31,949 nucleotides of DNA from a virus. Lineage: Duplodnaviria; Caudoviricetes. Shown piece by piece: positions 15,979-25,676 of this stretch; the first letter of the stretch is position 1; each line of letters begins with the position of its first letter. The notes under the pieces are model-generated. The model saw nothing but the letters and a program-made list of their open reading frames with translations. It made no database searches and had not been told where the DNA came from. Where the stretch lies: positions 1 through 31,949 of IMG/VR virus record IMGVR_UViG_3300032373_000078. The stretch is one strand, 5' to 3'. Made by a program: the position numbers and the translations under genes.

Positions 15979-17288
15979 GACTTTTCAGACGCAATCGGGC
16001 CGCGCCGCCCGCGCCGCCCGCATCGCCGGCGATCACCAAGGCGCCCGAGCCCGAGGCGCGCGCGGATAGCATTTCGGGTTCCATGTCGCTCGGCAATTCC
16101 GGGATCATGGAGTTTCTGGGATTTGGCACGCCGGGGGTCTATGGCGGGGGCGCCTTGTCGATCGAGGCGGCGTTGCAGGTTCCGGCGATCTGGGCGGCGG
16201 TCAATTTTTACGGCCGCACGCTGGCGGCGCTTCCGATCAAGATTTATGAAAAAGGCAAGGACGGCGCCCGGTCCGAGGTTTCCGATCATCCGGCCGCCTA
16301 TGTGTTCAACCAGGCCGCCCATGCCGAATTGACCGCGTTCGATTGGCGGCAACAGGCTTTCACCGACTTTTCGACCTATGGCCGCCACGTCTCGTTTCTC
16401 GAGTTCAACGGCAAGAACGAATTGCTTGCGGTCTGGCCGCTCGAGGTCTCGCGCCTGGACGTGCGCCGTCCGGGCGGCAAACTGTCCTATGCCTATCGGG
16501 ACGCGCGCGCCCATCGCAAATACGTTGCGAGCGAGGTGATCGATCTGATGATGATGCCGAGCGGCAACGGTCTCTCGGCCCGCTCGCCGATCTTTTCAAA
16601 TAGCGAGGTGATCGGGCTCGCGCTCGCGGTTTCGCGCTATGGCGGGCGGTTTTTCGACAAGGGCGGCGTGCCGTTCTTTGCGCTCGAGGGGCCGATCGCC
16701 ACGCCGGCCGGGGCCACCCGCGCGGCCGAGGATATGACGGCGGCAATCCAGGAGGCGGCCGAAACCGGACGCAACGCGATTGCCTTGCCGACCGGACACA
16801 AGATCTCGCCGCTCGGGGTCGAGCCCGAAAAGATGCAGATGGTCGAGGTCAAGAAGTATCTTGTCGAGGAGTTCGCCCGGATCTGGAACCTGCCGCCGGT
16901 GTTCTTGCAGGACTTGAGCAAGGGCACTTATTCCAACACCGAGCAACAGGATTTGCACGCGGTCAAGCATTCGATTTTTCCGCTGGTGCGCAAGTTCGAG
17001 CAACAGGTCAACCTCAAGGTCTTTGGTCCCGGCGCGCGGCTTTACGCCGAGGTCAATCTCGACGCCCTGGCGCGCGGGGCCTTGAAGGATCGCGCCGAGG
17101 CGCTTGCACGACAGATCTCGACCGGTCAGATCACGCCAAACGAGGCGCGGCGGATGGACAACCGGCCCGACATTGCGGGCGGTGAGGGGCTTTATATGCA
17201 GGGCGCAATGATGCCGATCGCCGATCTCGGTCTCGGCAAGACGCCCGGCGCAACACCGAAAGAGGGCGAAGGCGATGACGAAACCTAA
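15975..17288 (+). CDS. HK97-family portal protein
   Basis: ATGA overlap with terL; ALQVPAIWAAV...LAALP, EEFARIWNLPP, YSNTEQQ, TPNEARR motifs. Confidence 0.93.
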   Translation: MRLFRRNRAAPPAPPASPAITKAPEPEARADSISGSMSLGNSGIMEFLGFGTPGVYGGGALSIEAALQVPAIWAAVNFYGRTLAALPIKIYEKGKDGARSEVSDHPAAYVFNQAAHAELTAFDWRQQAFTDFSTYGRHVSFLEFNGKNELLAVWPLEVSRLDVRRPGGKLSYAYRDARAHRKYVASEVIDLMMMPSGNGLSARSPIFSNSEVIGLALAVSRYGGRFFDKGGVPFFALEGPIATPAGATRAAEDMTAAIQEAAETGRNAIALPTGHKISPLGVEPEKMQMVEVKKYLVEEFARIWNLPPVFLQDLSKGTYSNTEQQDLHAVKHSIFPLVRKFEQQVNLKVFGPGARLYAEVNLDALARGALKDRAEALARQISTGQITPNEARRMDNRPDIAGGEGLYMQGAMMPIADLGLGKTPGATPKEGEGDDET

Positions 17289-17856
17289 TTTTGAGACCCG
17301 CGGCGGGTTGCCGATCGAGTTGCGCGCCAAGAAGGGCGAAACCAGGGTTTCCGGCCATGCGGCGGTTTTCGACGAATGGGCCGATATTGGCGGCTGGTTC
17401 GAGGAGCGGGTCGTGCCGGGGGCGTTCGACAATGTGCTCGAGGATGATTGCGTTTTCCTGATCGAGCATAAGGGGCTTCCCCTGGCCCGCACCCGGTCTG
17501 GCACGCTCTCGCTTTCGGTCGATGCGCGCGGGCTTTTCGCCGAGACAAGCCTGATCGATGCCGACCCGGACGTTGCGCGGATCCTGCCCAAGATGAGCCG
17601 CGGCGATCTTGACAAAATGTCCTATTCCTTCCGCGTCGGTCGCGAGGAATGGGACGAAACCGGCGAGATCCCGAAACGGACAATCCTCGAGGTCTCGAGC
17701 CTGATCGACGTTTCGATCGTGACCTACCCGGCATTCGAGGGCACGGATATTGGTCTGCGCTCGCTGGCCGATCACCGTGCCGGCCTGATCGCGCCGATGA
17801 ACGCCCGCCAGGCAACCGCCCTCGATCTGCGTTTGCGCGCGCTCGCGCTCACCTGA
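17275..17856 (+). CDS. HK97-family prohead protease
   Basis: GHAAVFD, F.E...PGAF, LARTRSGTL, MSYSF, DVSIVTYPAF. Confidence 0.93.
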   Translation: MTKPNFETRGGLPIELRAKKGETRVSGHAAVFDEWADIGGWFEERVVPGAFDNVLEDDCVFLIEHKGLPLARTRSGTLSLSVDARGLFAETSLIDADPDVARILPKMSRGDLDKMSYSFRVGREEWDETGEIPKRTILEVSSLIDVSIVTYPAFEGTDIGLRSLADHRAGLIAPMNARQATALDLRLRALALT

Positions 17857-17940
17857 TCCGACCTTAGCGAAATGACCGGCCGCCGGTGGCGGCCGCACCC
17901 GAGCAACCCCGGGCGCCCGGCCTTACAGCCATGCCCGGAT

Positions 17941-17958
17941 TGCACAACAAATCGTGCG
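17941..17958. promoter_or_regulatory. Operator-like palindrome in the capsid gene leader
   Basis: TGCAC-AACAAATC-GTGCG, followed by a second TGCACAAACAATC half-site and AGGAGG. Confidence 0.6.
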
Positions 17959-17995
17959 CTGCACAAACAATCCGCGCTTAGGAGGCGCATGAGTT

Positions 17996-19279
17996 ATGAC
18001 ACCGAAGGAATTGCGCGAGAAAAAGGCGCGTTGTGTGACCCAGGCCCGCGGCTACATGGCCGAGGCCGAAAAGGAAAAGGATGAGGCCAAGAAGGCCGAT
18101 CTTCTGCGCCAGGCCGATGAGGCGATTGCCGAGGGCGAAGGCTATGAGCGCCAGGCCGAGACAATGGAGCGCGAGGAGCGCATGGGCCGGCTCGAGACGG
18201 GCCAGGACGCCGGCGATCCGCGTCGCCCGGTACCGAGCGATGGTGAGGGCCGCGCCCAGGAGGGCGGTGAGGCGATCACCTACCGGCAAGCGTTCATGGA
18301 TTACGTTCTGGCCGGGGGTCTGCAATCGGAGTTGCTTCCCGAGGCGCGAAACGTGCTGCGCGCCGGTTTTACGCCGGTTTCGGGAGAGCAACGGGCGCAA
18401 ACCTCGACCAATGCCGAGGGCGGTTTCCTGATCCCCGAGGAGGCAATGCCCGGCCTTGTCCAGGCCATGATTGATTGGGGGCCGATGTATGACGATGATT
18501 TCTGCACGGTTCTCAACACCACGGGCGGCGGTACGATCCCGATCCCGGGTATCGATGACACGGCCAGCACCGCCGAGGCAACTGCGACCGAGGGCGCGGA
18601 TCTGACCGATGACGGCGGCAAGGACATTGTTGCGACCCGCAAGGAACTTGGCGATTACATGTTCGATACCGAGTGGTTGCGGATCTCGCCGCAACTGGCC
18701 TCGGGATCGTTTATGAATTTCGAGACGATCCTGAACGGGCTTTTGGGTGAACGCCTGGGCCGCAAGGCCAATGCGCAACTGACCCTGGGCACCGGCACGG
18801 GACAGCCGCAAGGGATCGTGACCGGAGCCACGGCGTCCGGTGTGACCACGGCGGCAACGGACGGCGTGACGGGCGATGAGCTGATCGCGTTTTTCCACTC
18901 GATCGGCAGCGCTTATCGGCGCTCGCCGAAATTCCGTGCGATGTTCAACGACAATACGCTTGCCGCTTTGCATAAGCTGAAAGACGGTCAGGGGAACTAC
19001 CTGATCCGCCTGGCACCGGATGGATCGGGCCGGATTGTCGTTGGTGCCGTGACGATCCCCTATGCGGTCAATGATGATATGGCGAGCATGGGCGCAAGCG
19101 CGACCCCGATCGTCGCTGGTGATTTCTCGCGCTACTATGTGCGCAAGATCGGCGGGATCATCCTCGGTGCGGCGCGCGAGAAATTCTGGCCGAATGTCGG
19201 GATCGCAGGCTATGCGCGCCTCGATGGTGTTGTCGCAGATACCAAGGCGATCAAAACGCTCGCGAACGCGGCCGTATAA
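17996..19279 (+). CDS. HK97-fold major capsid protein
   Basis: Coiled-coil delta domain, EGGFLIPE, GTGTGQPQGI, KLKDGQGNYL, GDFSRY, RLDG. Confidence 0.95.
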   Translation: MTPKELREKKARCVTQARGYMAEAEKEKDEAKKADLLRQADEAIAEGEGYERQAETMEREERMGRLETGQDAGDPRRPVPSDGEGRAQEGGEAITYRQAFMDYVLAGGLQSELLPEARNVLRAGFTPVSGEQRAQTSTNAEGGFLIPEEAMPGLVQAMIDWGPMYDDDFCTVLNTTGGGTIPIPGIDDTASTAEATATEGADLTDDGGKDIVATRKELGDYMFDTEWLRISPQLASGSFMNFETILNGLLGERLGRKANAQLTLGTGTGQPQGIVTGATASGVTTAATDGVTGDELIAFFHSIGSAYRRSPKFRAMFNDNTLAALHKLKDGQGNYLIRLAPDGSGRIVVGAVTIPYAVNDDMASMGASATPIVAGDFSRYYVRKIGGIILGAAREKFWPNVGIAGYARLDGVVADTKAIKTLANAAV

Positions 19280-19293
19280 GGCCCTGAAACCTG

Positions 19294-19327
19294 AGACCGC
19301 CGGGGCGATCCTGGCGGTCTCGCTTTC
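19294..19327 (+). terminator. Terminator after the capsid gene
   Basis: GAGACCGCCGGG..CCTGGCGGTCTC followed by GCTTT. Confidence 0.6.
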
Positions 19328-19359
19328 CCAAAATGTTCGGAAAATTCGGAGTGTGAGAC

Positions 19360-19596
19360 ATGGCCAAGACTGTGCCTGTAATTCTTAATGTCGCGATCTC
19401 GGGCGGTCGCGGTTCCTTTGCTAGGGGCGATGAGTTCCCGGCAAGCCCGGCCGAGGCCAAGCGCATGATTGCGCAAGGCATTGCGGCCAGGAAGCCTGCG
19501 GCGGGAAAGCCCGCGGCCAAAAAGCCTGCGGCGGAAACGGCCGCGAAAGCGCCCGCGCCCGATGCAGAAACGGCCAACGCCGGACGCGAGGTCTAG
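19360..19596 (+). CDS. Small Ala/Lys/Pro-rich head-associated protein
   Basis: GGAG RBS; position after the capsid gene; EAKRMIAQGIA followed by KPAA repeats. Confidence 0.7.
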   Translation: MAKTVPVILNVAISGGRGSFARGDEFPASPAEAKRMIAQGIAARKPAAGKPAAKKPAAETAAKAPAPDAETANAGREV

Positions 19597-19599
19597 GCC

Positions 19600-20184
19600 A
19601 TGTGGGGCCGGGTGCAAGTGACCACGCCCGCAACGGCCTTGCCGGTGCTGGTGATGGATCTCAAAACGCATATGCGGGTTGAGAATGACGACGAAAACGC
19701 CTTGCTCCCCGGTTTCCTCGCGGCCGCGATCGCCGCGATCGACGGGCCGAACGGGCTCGGCGTGGCGATGATGGCGCAATCCTGGACCCTGACGCTCGAC
19801 GGGTTCGCCCGCGAAATTCGCCTTCCGGGCTGGCCGGTCAAATCCGTGACCGCGATCACCTATCTCGATGCGGATGGGCTTTCGCAAACCGTCGCCTCGG
19901 ACGTGTACCGGCTCGATGCGGGTCGGGATCCGGCGCGGGTCTATCTGAAAAACGCGAAAGCCTGGCCGGCGCATTCCGGCGAACCCGGCGCAGTGCAAAT
20001 CGAGTATGTGCTCGGCGAGACCGATCGGGCCAATGTGCCGGCCGATCTCGGCACGGCCGTGCGGCTTTTGGCGGCGCATTATTTTGAAAACCGCGAGGTA
20101 GCGATTATCGGCACGACCACCGCCGAGTTGCCGCTCGGGGTGCAATGGGTCTTTGACCGCTATCGCCGCGGGGTTGTCGCGTGA
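19600..20184 (+). CDS. Head-tail connector (gp6-like)
   Basis: LKTHMRV..DDEN.L, QSWTLTLD.F, VPADL..AVRLLAAHYFENRE. Confidence 0.88.
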   Translation: MWGRVQVTTPATALPVLVMDLKTHMRVENDDENALLPGFLAAAIAAIDGPNGLGVAMMAQSWTLTLDGFAREIRLPGWPVKSVTAITYLDADGLSQTVASDVYRLDAGRDPARVYLKNAKAWPAHSGEPGAVQIEYVLGETDRANVPADLGTAVRLLAAHYFENREVAIIGTTTAELPLGVQWVFDRYRRGVVA

Positions 20185-20531
20185 CACGGGCCGGCCGGTT
20201 GCGCGAGCGCGCCCGGTTTCAGCGCCTTTCGGGCACCGGGGGCACCGATCGTTTCGGCAATTCCGACGCGGCCGCCTGGGGCGATCTCCTCACCGTCTGG
20301 GGGGATCTGCGCGAGGCGCCGGGCAAGGAGCGAATTGCGGCCGGGCGGCTCGAGGGGCCGGTGCAGGCCACCTTACGGATCCGTGGCACGGGCCAGGCGA
20401 TCACGATCACCGCGGCCGATCGCGTCGTGATCCGCGGCAACACCTGGGCGATCGTGTCCGAGCCGATCGCGCTCGATGCAAGAAAGCAGTTGCTCGAGAT
20501 CGGTCTCGAGCGCGGGGGGGCGGTCGAATGA
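20181..20531 (+). CDS. Head closure / head-tail adaptor
   Basis: AGRLRER..FQR, TVW, IR...ITAADRV; synteny. Confidence 0.85.
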   Translation: MTRAGRLRERARFQRLSGTGGTDRFGNSDAAAWGDLLTVWGDLREAPGKERIAAGRLEGPVQATLRIRGTGQAITITAADRVVIRGNTWAIVSEPIALDARKQLLEIGLERGGAVE

Positions 20532-20926
20532 GGGTCGAAGGCCACAAGCGATTGATCCGCAAGATGCGCCAACTGACGCCGGAAATCCGGCGCGACGTGG
20601 CAAAGGCGATCGACAAATCATTGCAGGAGGGTGCCAGCACGGCGCGTGTCCTGGTGCCCGAGGCCTCGGGTGCGCTCGCCGAAACGATAAGTTATGAAAT
20701 GCACCCCTCTGGGCTTTCCGGCAAGATCACGGCCGGAGAAAAAACAGGCGATGGCCAGCAAAAGGCCCTGACGGTCGAGGGGGGGCGGCGCCCGGATGCG
20801 CGCGCGGGCGCCATGGCCGCACAACCCTATATGTCGATTGCGCGCAAAGCGCTGGCCAGGAAACACAAGAACAGGGTCGCACGCGCGGTGCGCAAGGCCG
20901 CGAAAAGGGTTTCTAACAGTGGCTGA
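20528..20926 (+). CDS. HK97 gp10-family neck protein
   Basis: ATGA overlap; VPEASGAL..TI, VEGG...MAAQPYM. Confidence 0.8.
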   Translation: MRVEGHKRLIRKMRQLTPEIRRDVAKAIDKSLQEGASTARVLVPEASGALAETISYEMHPSGLSGKITAGEKTGDGQQKALTVEGGRRPDARAGAMAAQPYMSIARKALARKHKNRVARAVRKAAKRVSNSG

Positions 20927-21335
20927 ATATGACGTTGCAAGCGAGACCCAGGCCGGGATCCGCGCCGCGCTTCTGGCGGATGCGGATTTCGCGGCTCTCG
21001 ATCTCGCGATCTACGATGAGCCGCCGCAAGATGAGCCGGCGCCCTTTGTCCGGTTCGGTCGGATCGAGGCCCGGCGCGACGATACCGATGGTTTTCTCGG
21101 CTGGATCGTGGCGCTCGGGCTCGAGGCGCATTCACGGCCCAAAGCCGGGCGGATCGAAGCGCAACAGATTTGCGGCAAGATCGCCGCGGCACTACATCGG
21201 CAACCGGGACTTGTGACGGTCACGGGCTTTGCGGTGATCGAGGTCGAGGCCGGCCCTATCACCGCGACCAGGGCCGTCGATGGGGCCACCTATACCGGCA
21301 CGGTTGCCGTCTCGGTGCGGCTCGACGCCCTCTAA
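20919..21335 (+). CDS. Tail completion/terminator protein (DUF3168-like)
   Basis: Q..IRAAL.AD, IYDEPP...PFVRFG, HSR..GR.EA..I; GTG start inferred. Confidence 0.8.
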   Translation: MAEYDVASETQAGIRAALLADADFAALDLAIYDEPPQDEPAPFVRFGRIEARRDDTDGFLGWIVALGLEAHSRPKAGRIEAQQICGKIAAALHRQPGLVTVTGFAVIEVEAGPITATRAVDGATYTGTVAVSVRLDAL

Positions 21336-21383
21336 ACCCTCGCGCCTCGGGGCGGCGCAATCATGTAAAAATGGAGAAAACCC

Positions 21384-21800
21384 ATGGCAAAGCAATTGGG
21401 GCGCCTGTTCCTGATCAAGATCGAAAATCAGGGCGTGCCTGGAACCTATGTAAGCCTCTGCGGTCTCACGTCGAAAAAACTGGCGATCAATAATGCGCCG
21501 ATCGACGTGACGACGCCCGATTGCACCACGCCCGGCGGCGTGATGTGGGAGGAAAGCCTGGCCGGCGTCAAATCGGTGAGCGTTTCGGGTGATGGCAAAT
21601 TCACCGATGAGGCCTCCGAGGCGGATCTCAACACGGTGGCCATGTCGGCTACTGCAACGGCGAATTTCCAAATTATCATCCCTGATTTCGGCACCTATGC
21701 CGGCACATTCCGGGTTAACGTGGAATTTTCCGGCGGTGATGGGGTCGATTTCTCGCTCTCGCTGCAAAGCACCGGCACGGTCACGTTCACGGCCGCCTGA
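21384..21800 (+). CDS. Major tail tube protein
   Basis: GRLFLIKI, IDVTT.D...W.E.LAGVKSVSVSGDG.F, IPDFGTY.G.F; GGAG RBS. Confidence 0.9.
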   Translation: MAKQLGRLFLIKIENQGVPGTYVSLCGLTSKKLAINNAPIDVTTPDCTTPGGVMWEESLAGVKSVSVSGDGKFTDEASEADLNTVAMSATATANFQIIIPDFGTYAGTFRVNVEFSGGDGVDFSLSLQSTGTVTFTAA

Positions 21801-22219
21801 TGGGAGTTTTGACTGAGGCGCCGCGCGGCGGCCTGGCCGAGGAATTGGCCGGCACCGTGCGGCCGCTCCTCTTGCGCAATGGCGAAATCGAGCGGTTCGA
21901 GGATGCCCATTGCGGCATTTTTGAGGTTTGGGACGGGTTCATGGGCCGCGGCAAAAAGCCGGGCGCGGTCCAGGTGCGCGATCTGATCGCGCTGGCCCTG
22001 GTCGGGGGCGGCATGGCCGAAGATGACGCGGGCGTTTTGGTCAACGGGCTTGGTCCTGGCGAAAATCTGCGCCTCTATGAGTTGGCGCAAGGCGTTCTCG
22101 GGATCGCCTTTCTGCCCGACATGATCGAGGCCGATGAGCGCGATCTCGCCGAGGCGGCCGCGGCCGAGGAGCCTAAAAAAAAACGGATCGATCCCGGCGA
22201 TGGGGTGTCCGAACCATAG
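21800..22219 (+). CDS. Tail assembly chaperone (gpG-like)
   Basis: Between the tube and tape-measure genes; A9 slippery run near the 3' end. Confidence 0.8.
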   Translation: MGVLTEAPRGGLAEELAGTVRPLLLRNGEIERFEDAHCGIFEVWDGFMGRGKKPGAVQVRDLIALALVGGGMAEDDAGVLVNGLGPGENLRLYELAQGVLGIAFLPDMIEADERDLAEAAAAEEPKKKRIDPGDGVSEP

Positions 22220-22389
22220 CACGCAGCGCAGCACCGCTCGGGATCTTGCCGGACGCGGTGCGCGCGATGATCCCGCGCGATTGGCTGATTATCAAGCAGG
22301 GCTACGACGCCCAGGCCCGCGCCGGGCGGCCTGGCGCTGATGCGCCCTCGGCGGCGCAAGTGGCCGAATTGGTTGAAAGGTATGGGTGA
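22175..22389 (+). CDS. gpT-like extension reached by -1 programmed frameshift
   Basis: A9 at 22175-22183; the -1 frame reads KKTDRSRRWGVRTIARSAAPLGILPDAVRAMIPRDW...VAELVERYG* and its TGA overlaps the tape-measure ATG. Confidence 0.8.
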
Positions 22390-24428
22390 TGGGCGACGAT
22401 TTTGAAAAGCTGAATATCGTCCTGGCGGCCCGTGATCGTGAATTTGCCCGGGCGATGGACCGCAACACTCGCCGGATCGAACGGTTTGCGCGTCAATCGA
22501 ATAAAAACCTTTCTCGCACATCCAGTCAATTTGCGGTGCTTTCCAAGGTTGCGGCCCGGCTGTTGCCGGCGCTCGGGGCGGCGGCGGTTGTTGCCCAGGT
22601 GCGCCGGGTTGTCGCCAGTCTCGATGATATTGGCAAAACCGCTGACAAGATCGGCCTGACCACGGATGCGTTGCAGGAATTGCGCACGGTGGCCGAAAGT
22701 GCGGGTGTTGCCCAATCGGCGCTCGATACCTCGCTCGAGCGATTTTCCAAGCGCCTTGGCGAGGCGACATTCGGTACCGGTGCGGCGGCGCGGGTGCTCA
22801 AGGAAATGGGGCTCAACGCCGAGGAGTTGAGCAATATGGGGGTCGATAAGGCGCTTTCGCGGGTGGCCGATGAGATCTCGCGCTTGCCAACACCGACCGA
22901 GCGCGCCGCCAGGGCGGCGGCCTTGTTTGGGCGCGAAGGTGTGACCATGGTGAACCTGATGCGCGTGGGTGCGGACGGTATGGCCGAAATGCGCGAAAAC
23001 GCCCGATCGCTCGGGGTGGTGATCGATGAGAGTTTGATCCGCGGCGCCGAGGAGGCACAGGACAAGCTTGACCTGATGGGTCGCGTGATCTCTAGCCAGG
23101 TGAGTTCGGCTCTGGTCGAACTGGCGCCGATCCTCGTTGTGGCGACCACGGCGGCGGCGAATTTTATTCGCGAAATCGCCGGTGGGGTGCGCGCCTTGCA
23201 GGAATGGCTCGAGCCGACTAGCGGTCTCGAAATCGCAACCGATAATCTGGTCGCGGCCATGGGCGATGAAATCCGTCAAAGCCAATTGCTCCAGGGGGCG
23301 CTTGGCAATGGGGCAACAATGTCGCTCGCGATGGCCGAGCAAAAACTCGAGGAGGCCCGCGCGCGGTATGCCAATGTCGCGGCGATTATCGAGGAGCGCC
23401 GGGCGCTGGCGCTTGATAGCGTCGAATGGTCCAATCTGAGTGACCAGATCCAAACCGCTGTTACGGCGCGGATGGGGATGGGTGAAAAAACGATCTCGAA
23501 TGCCGAGCAGATCGAGAATGTCGAGCAGGGATTGACCGAAATGCTCGAGCGGCGGCAACGGCTGATCGATGTTGATGCCGAAATGGCCGCGCAGCTCACG
23601 CGCACGGCCGAAAATATCGCAACGCTCGAGGCCGGGGTCGCGAACCATGCCGCCGGCGTGGTGACGATCGGCGGCGTGCCGGTTGAGCCGATCGATCCCT
23701 CGACGCGGCGCCCTGGCGGTGCCGGTGGCGGTGTGGCGGCGGACCTTGCCGCCGAGATCCCGGGGCTCGAGGAATATGCCGGCGTTCTGGATCTGGTCCG
23801 CGAAAAGTTCGGCGGGTTGATCGGCACCGGAGACCAGGCAAGGGAGGTGCTTGCCTTTATCAACGCGCTTTTCGAGAGTGGCGAGATCTCGGCCGGGGAG
23901 TATAAATCCGCGCTCGAGCATGTCGCCGACGAATTAAAGAACGTCGCGCGTACGGCCGAGACCATGGAGCGCGCGACCGAGGATATGTTTGTGGCGATCG
24001 TGACCGGCTCGAAAAGCGGCCGGGATGCCCTGGCCGATCTGTTGTCAACCTTTGCCCAGATGGCCGCACAGGCGGCGTTCTCGGGCATGTTTGGCGGGGC
24101 GTTTGATGGTGTGGCGTCGATATTCTCGGGGCCAAGTTTTGCCGGCGGTGGATATACCGGCAACGGGCCGCGCTCGGGCGGGCTTGATGGCCAGGGCGGC
24201 CGCCTGGCGATGATCCACCCGCAGGAAACAATCATTGACCACGCAAGCGGCCAGACGGTCTCGGGCGGTGGCGGGGTCTCGCTGGTTTATGCGCCGGTGA
24301 TCGATGCGCGCGGCGCGGATGCGGCAACGGTCTCGCGGATCGAGGCGGCGCAGCGCGCCGAGGCCGAGACGTTCGAGACCCGCGTTTTCACCGCGGTTCG
24401 GCGCGGCCAGGCAAGGCGGATGATCTGA
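22389..24428 (+). CDS. Tape measure protein
   Basis: Long Ala-rich helical protein; C-terminal FAGGGYTGNGPRSGGLDGQGG.LAMIHPQE motif. Confidence 0.92.
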   Translation: MGDDFEKLNIVLAARDREFARAMDRNTRRIERFARQSNKNLSRTSSQFAVLSKVAARLLPALGAAAVVAQVRRVVASLDDIGKTADKIGLTTDALQELRTVAESAGVAQSALDTSLERFSKRLGEATFGTGAAARVLKEMGLNAEELSNMGVDKALSRVADEISRLPTPTERAARAAALFGREGVTMVNLMRVGADGMAEMRENARSLGVVIDESLIRGAEEAQDKLDLMGRVISSQVSSALVELAPILVVATTAAANFIREIAGGVRALQEWLEPTSGLEIATDNLVAAMGDEIRQSQLLQGALGNGATMSLAMAEQKLEEARARYANVAAIIEERRALALDSVEWSNLSDQIQTAVTARMGMGEKTISNAEQIENVEQGLTEMLERRQRLIDVDAEMAAQLTRTAENIATLEAGVANHAAGVVTIGGVPVEPIDPSTRRPGGAGGGVAADLAAEIPGLEEYAGVLDLVREKFGGLIGTGDQAREVLAFINALFESGEISAGEYKSALEHVADELKNVARTAETMERATEDMFVAIVTGSKSGRDALADLLSTFAQMAAQAAFSGMFGGAFDGVASIFSGPSFAGGGYTGNGPRSGGLDGQGGRLAMIHPQETIIDHASGQTVSGGGGVSLVYAPVIDARGADAATVSRIEAAQRAEAETFETRVFTAVRRGQARRMI

Positions 24429-24429
24429 C

Positions 24430-25059
24430 ATGGCGCTGACCTTTCCCTCGGACCTGACAACGGCGCATAAGTGGCGCCGGGCGCGCCTGCGCCCGATGCT
24501 GCGTCAGGAATTGAGCCGCACCCGTGGCGGTGCGCTTCTCGCGGCGGATCTCGGCCATGCGCTCTGGACGGCGGATTTTGAAAGCCAGGGATTGCCGGAA
24601 TTGGAAGCCGGCGAATTGATGGCCGATTTCGACGCGCTTGGCGGCTCCTTGCGCAACTTTCTTGCCCATCCCGCACACCGGCGTTTCCCGGCCGCGGCCG
24701 CAAGTTCGGCCGGGATCGGGACGGGTTCCATCGCCTCGATCGGCGGCAATCGCGACACAGTAACGATCTCAGGTTTGCCGAACGGATTGGTGGTCTCGAA
24801 AGGCGATATGTGCTCCGTGACCACGGCCGCCGGCGGCTATGAGTTTTTCGAGTTTACCGAGGGCGGCACGGTCTCAGTGGGTTCAACCCCGAGCCTCGGG
24901 ATCAACCCGCCCTTGCGCGCAAGCGTCACCACGGGCCGCTCGGCCGAACTGGTCGATCCGCTGATCGAATTGAAACTCGAGCCCGGCACGCTTCAATTTG
25001 TCGAGATCGGTCTCGGCAAGCGCGCGGTTGCCTGGCGCGCGATCCAGGTGATCACATGA
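24430..25059 (+). CDS. Distal tail protein-like
   Basis: Position after the tape measure; size; GG....DLG..LW.A.F pattern. Confidence 0.7.
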   Translation: MALTFPSDLTTAHKWRRARLRPMLRQELSRTRGGALLAADLGHALWTADFESQGLPELEAGELMADFDALGGSLRNFLAHPAHRRFPAAAASSAGIGTGSIASIGGNRDTVTISGLPNGLVVSKGDMCSVTTAAGGYEFFEFTEGGTVSVGSTPSLGINPPLRASVTTGRSAELVDPLIELKLEPGTLQFVEIGLGKRAVAWRAIQVIT

Positions 25060-25676
25060 GAAATACGGACGCAGCGACCACGGCGGCGCTTGCCTCGGGG
25101 GCGTTGGTCCCGCGCGATTTCATCTGGGTTGGCGCGCGCAACCGCGCAACGGATGCGCGGGTCTGGTTCGGGCTTTGGTCCGATCTCGGCACGATCTCGG
25201 CCGATGTGATCGATCCCGATACGGGCCTCACGGTCTCGCGGACCTATGAAGGCGCCGGGGATCTGGTTTCGGTTGGGGCCTTGCCGCTCTCAACCGGTTT
25301 TGGCGTGCAAACCGTGCCGATCCAGTTGAGCAAGGTGAGCGCGACGGTCGCGACGATGGTGCGTACCCATGATGTGCGCCGGGCACCGATCCAGATGCAC
25401 CGGGCGTTTCTCGACCCGGCAAGCATGATCCAGGTTGCCGATGCGGAGTGCTACTTTACCGGCGAGATCGATGAGGCACCGATTACCACGCCGGCCGAGG
25501 GCCAGGAAGGGGCGGTGACATTCACCGCGACTTCGCTTGCCCAGGAGTTGACGCGGGTGAACACCGCGACCCGCAGCGCGGCCGACCAGGCCCGGCGCGC
25601 GGCAACGGATACCTTTTTCGATCACGCGGCGACCGTGGGCACCTGGCAAATTTTCTGGGGCCAGAAACGCGCATGA
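25056..25676 (+). CDS. Tail tip/hub protein (gpL position)
   Basis: GLWSD, YEGAG, F.G.ID, RS.ADQ.RR...D.FF...WG motifs; synteny. Confidence 0.72.
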   Translation: MRNTDAATTAALASGALVPRDFIWVGARNRATDARVWFGLWSDLGTISADVIDPDTGLTVSRTYEGAGDLVSVGALPLSTGFGVQTVPIQLSKVSATVATMVRTHDVRRAPIQMHRAFLDPASMIQVADAECYFTGEIDEAPITTPAEGQEGAVTFTATSLAQELTRVNTATRSAADQARRAATDTFFDHAATVGTWQIFWGQKRA

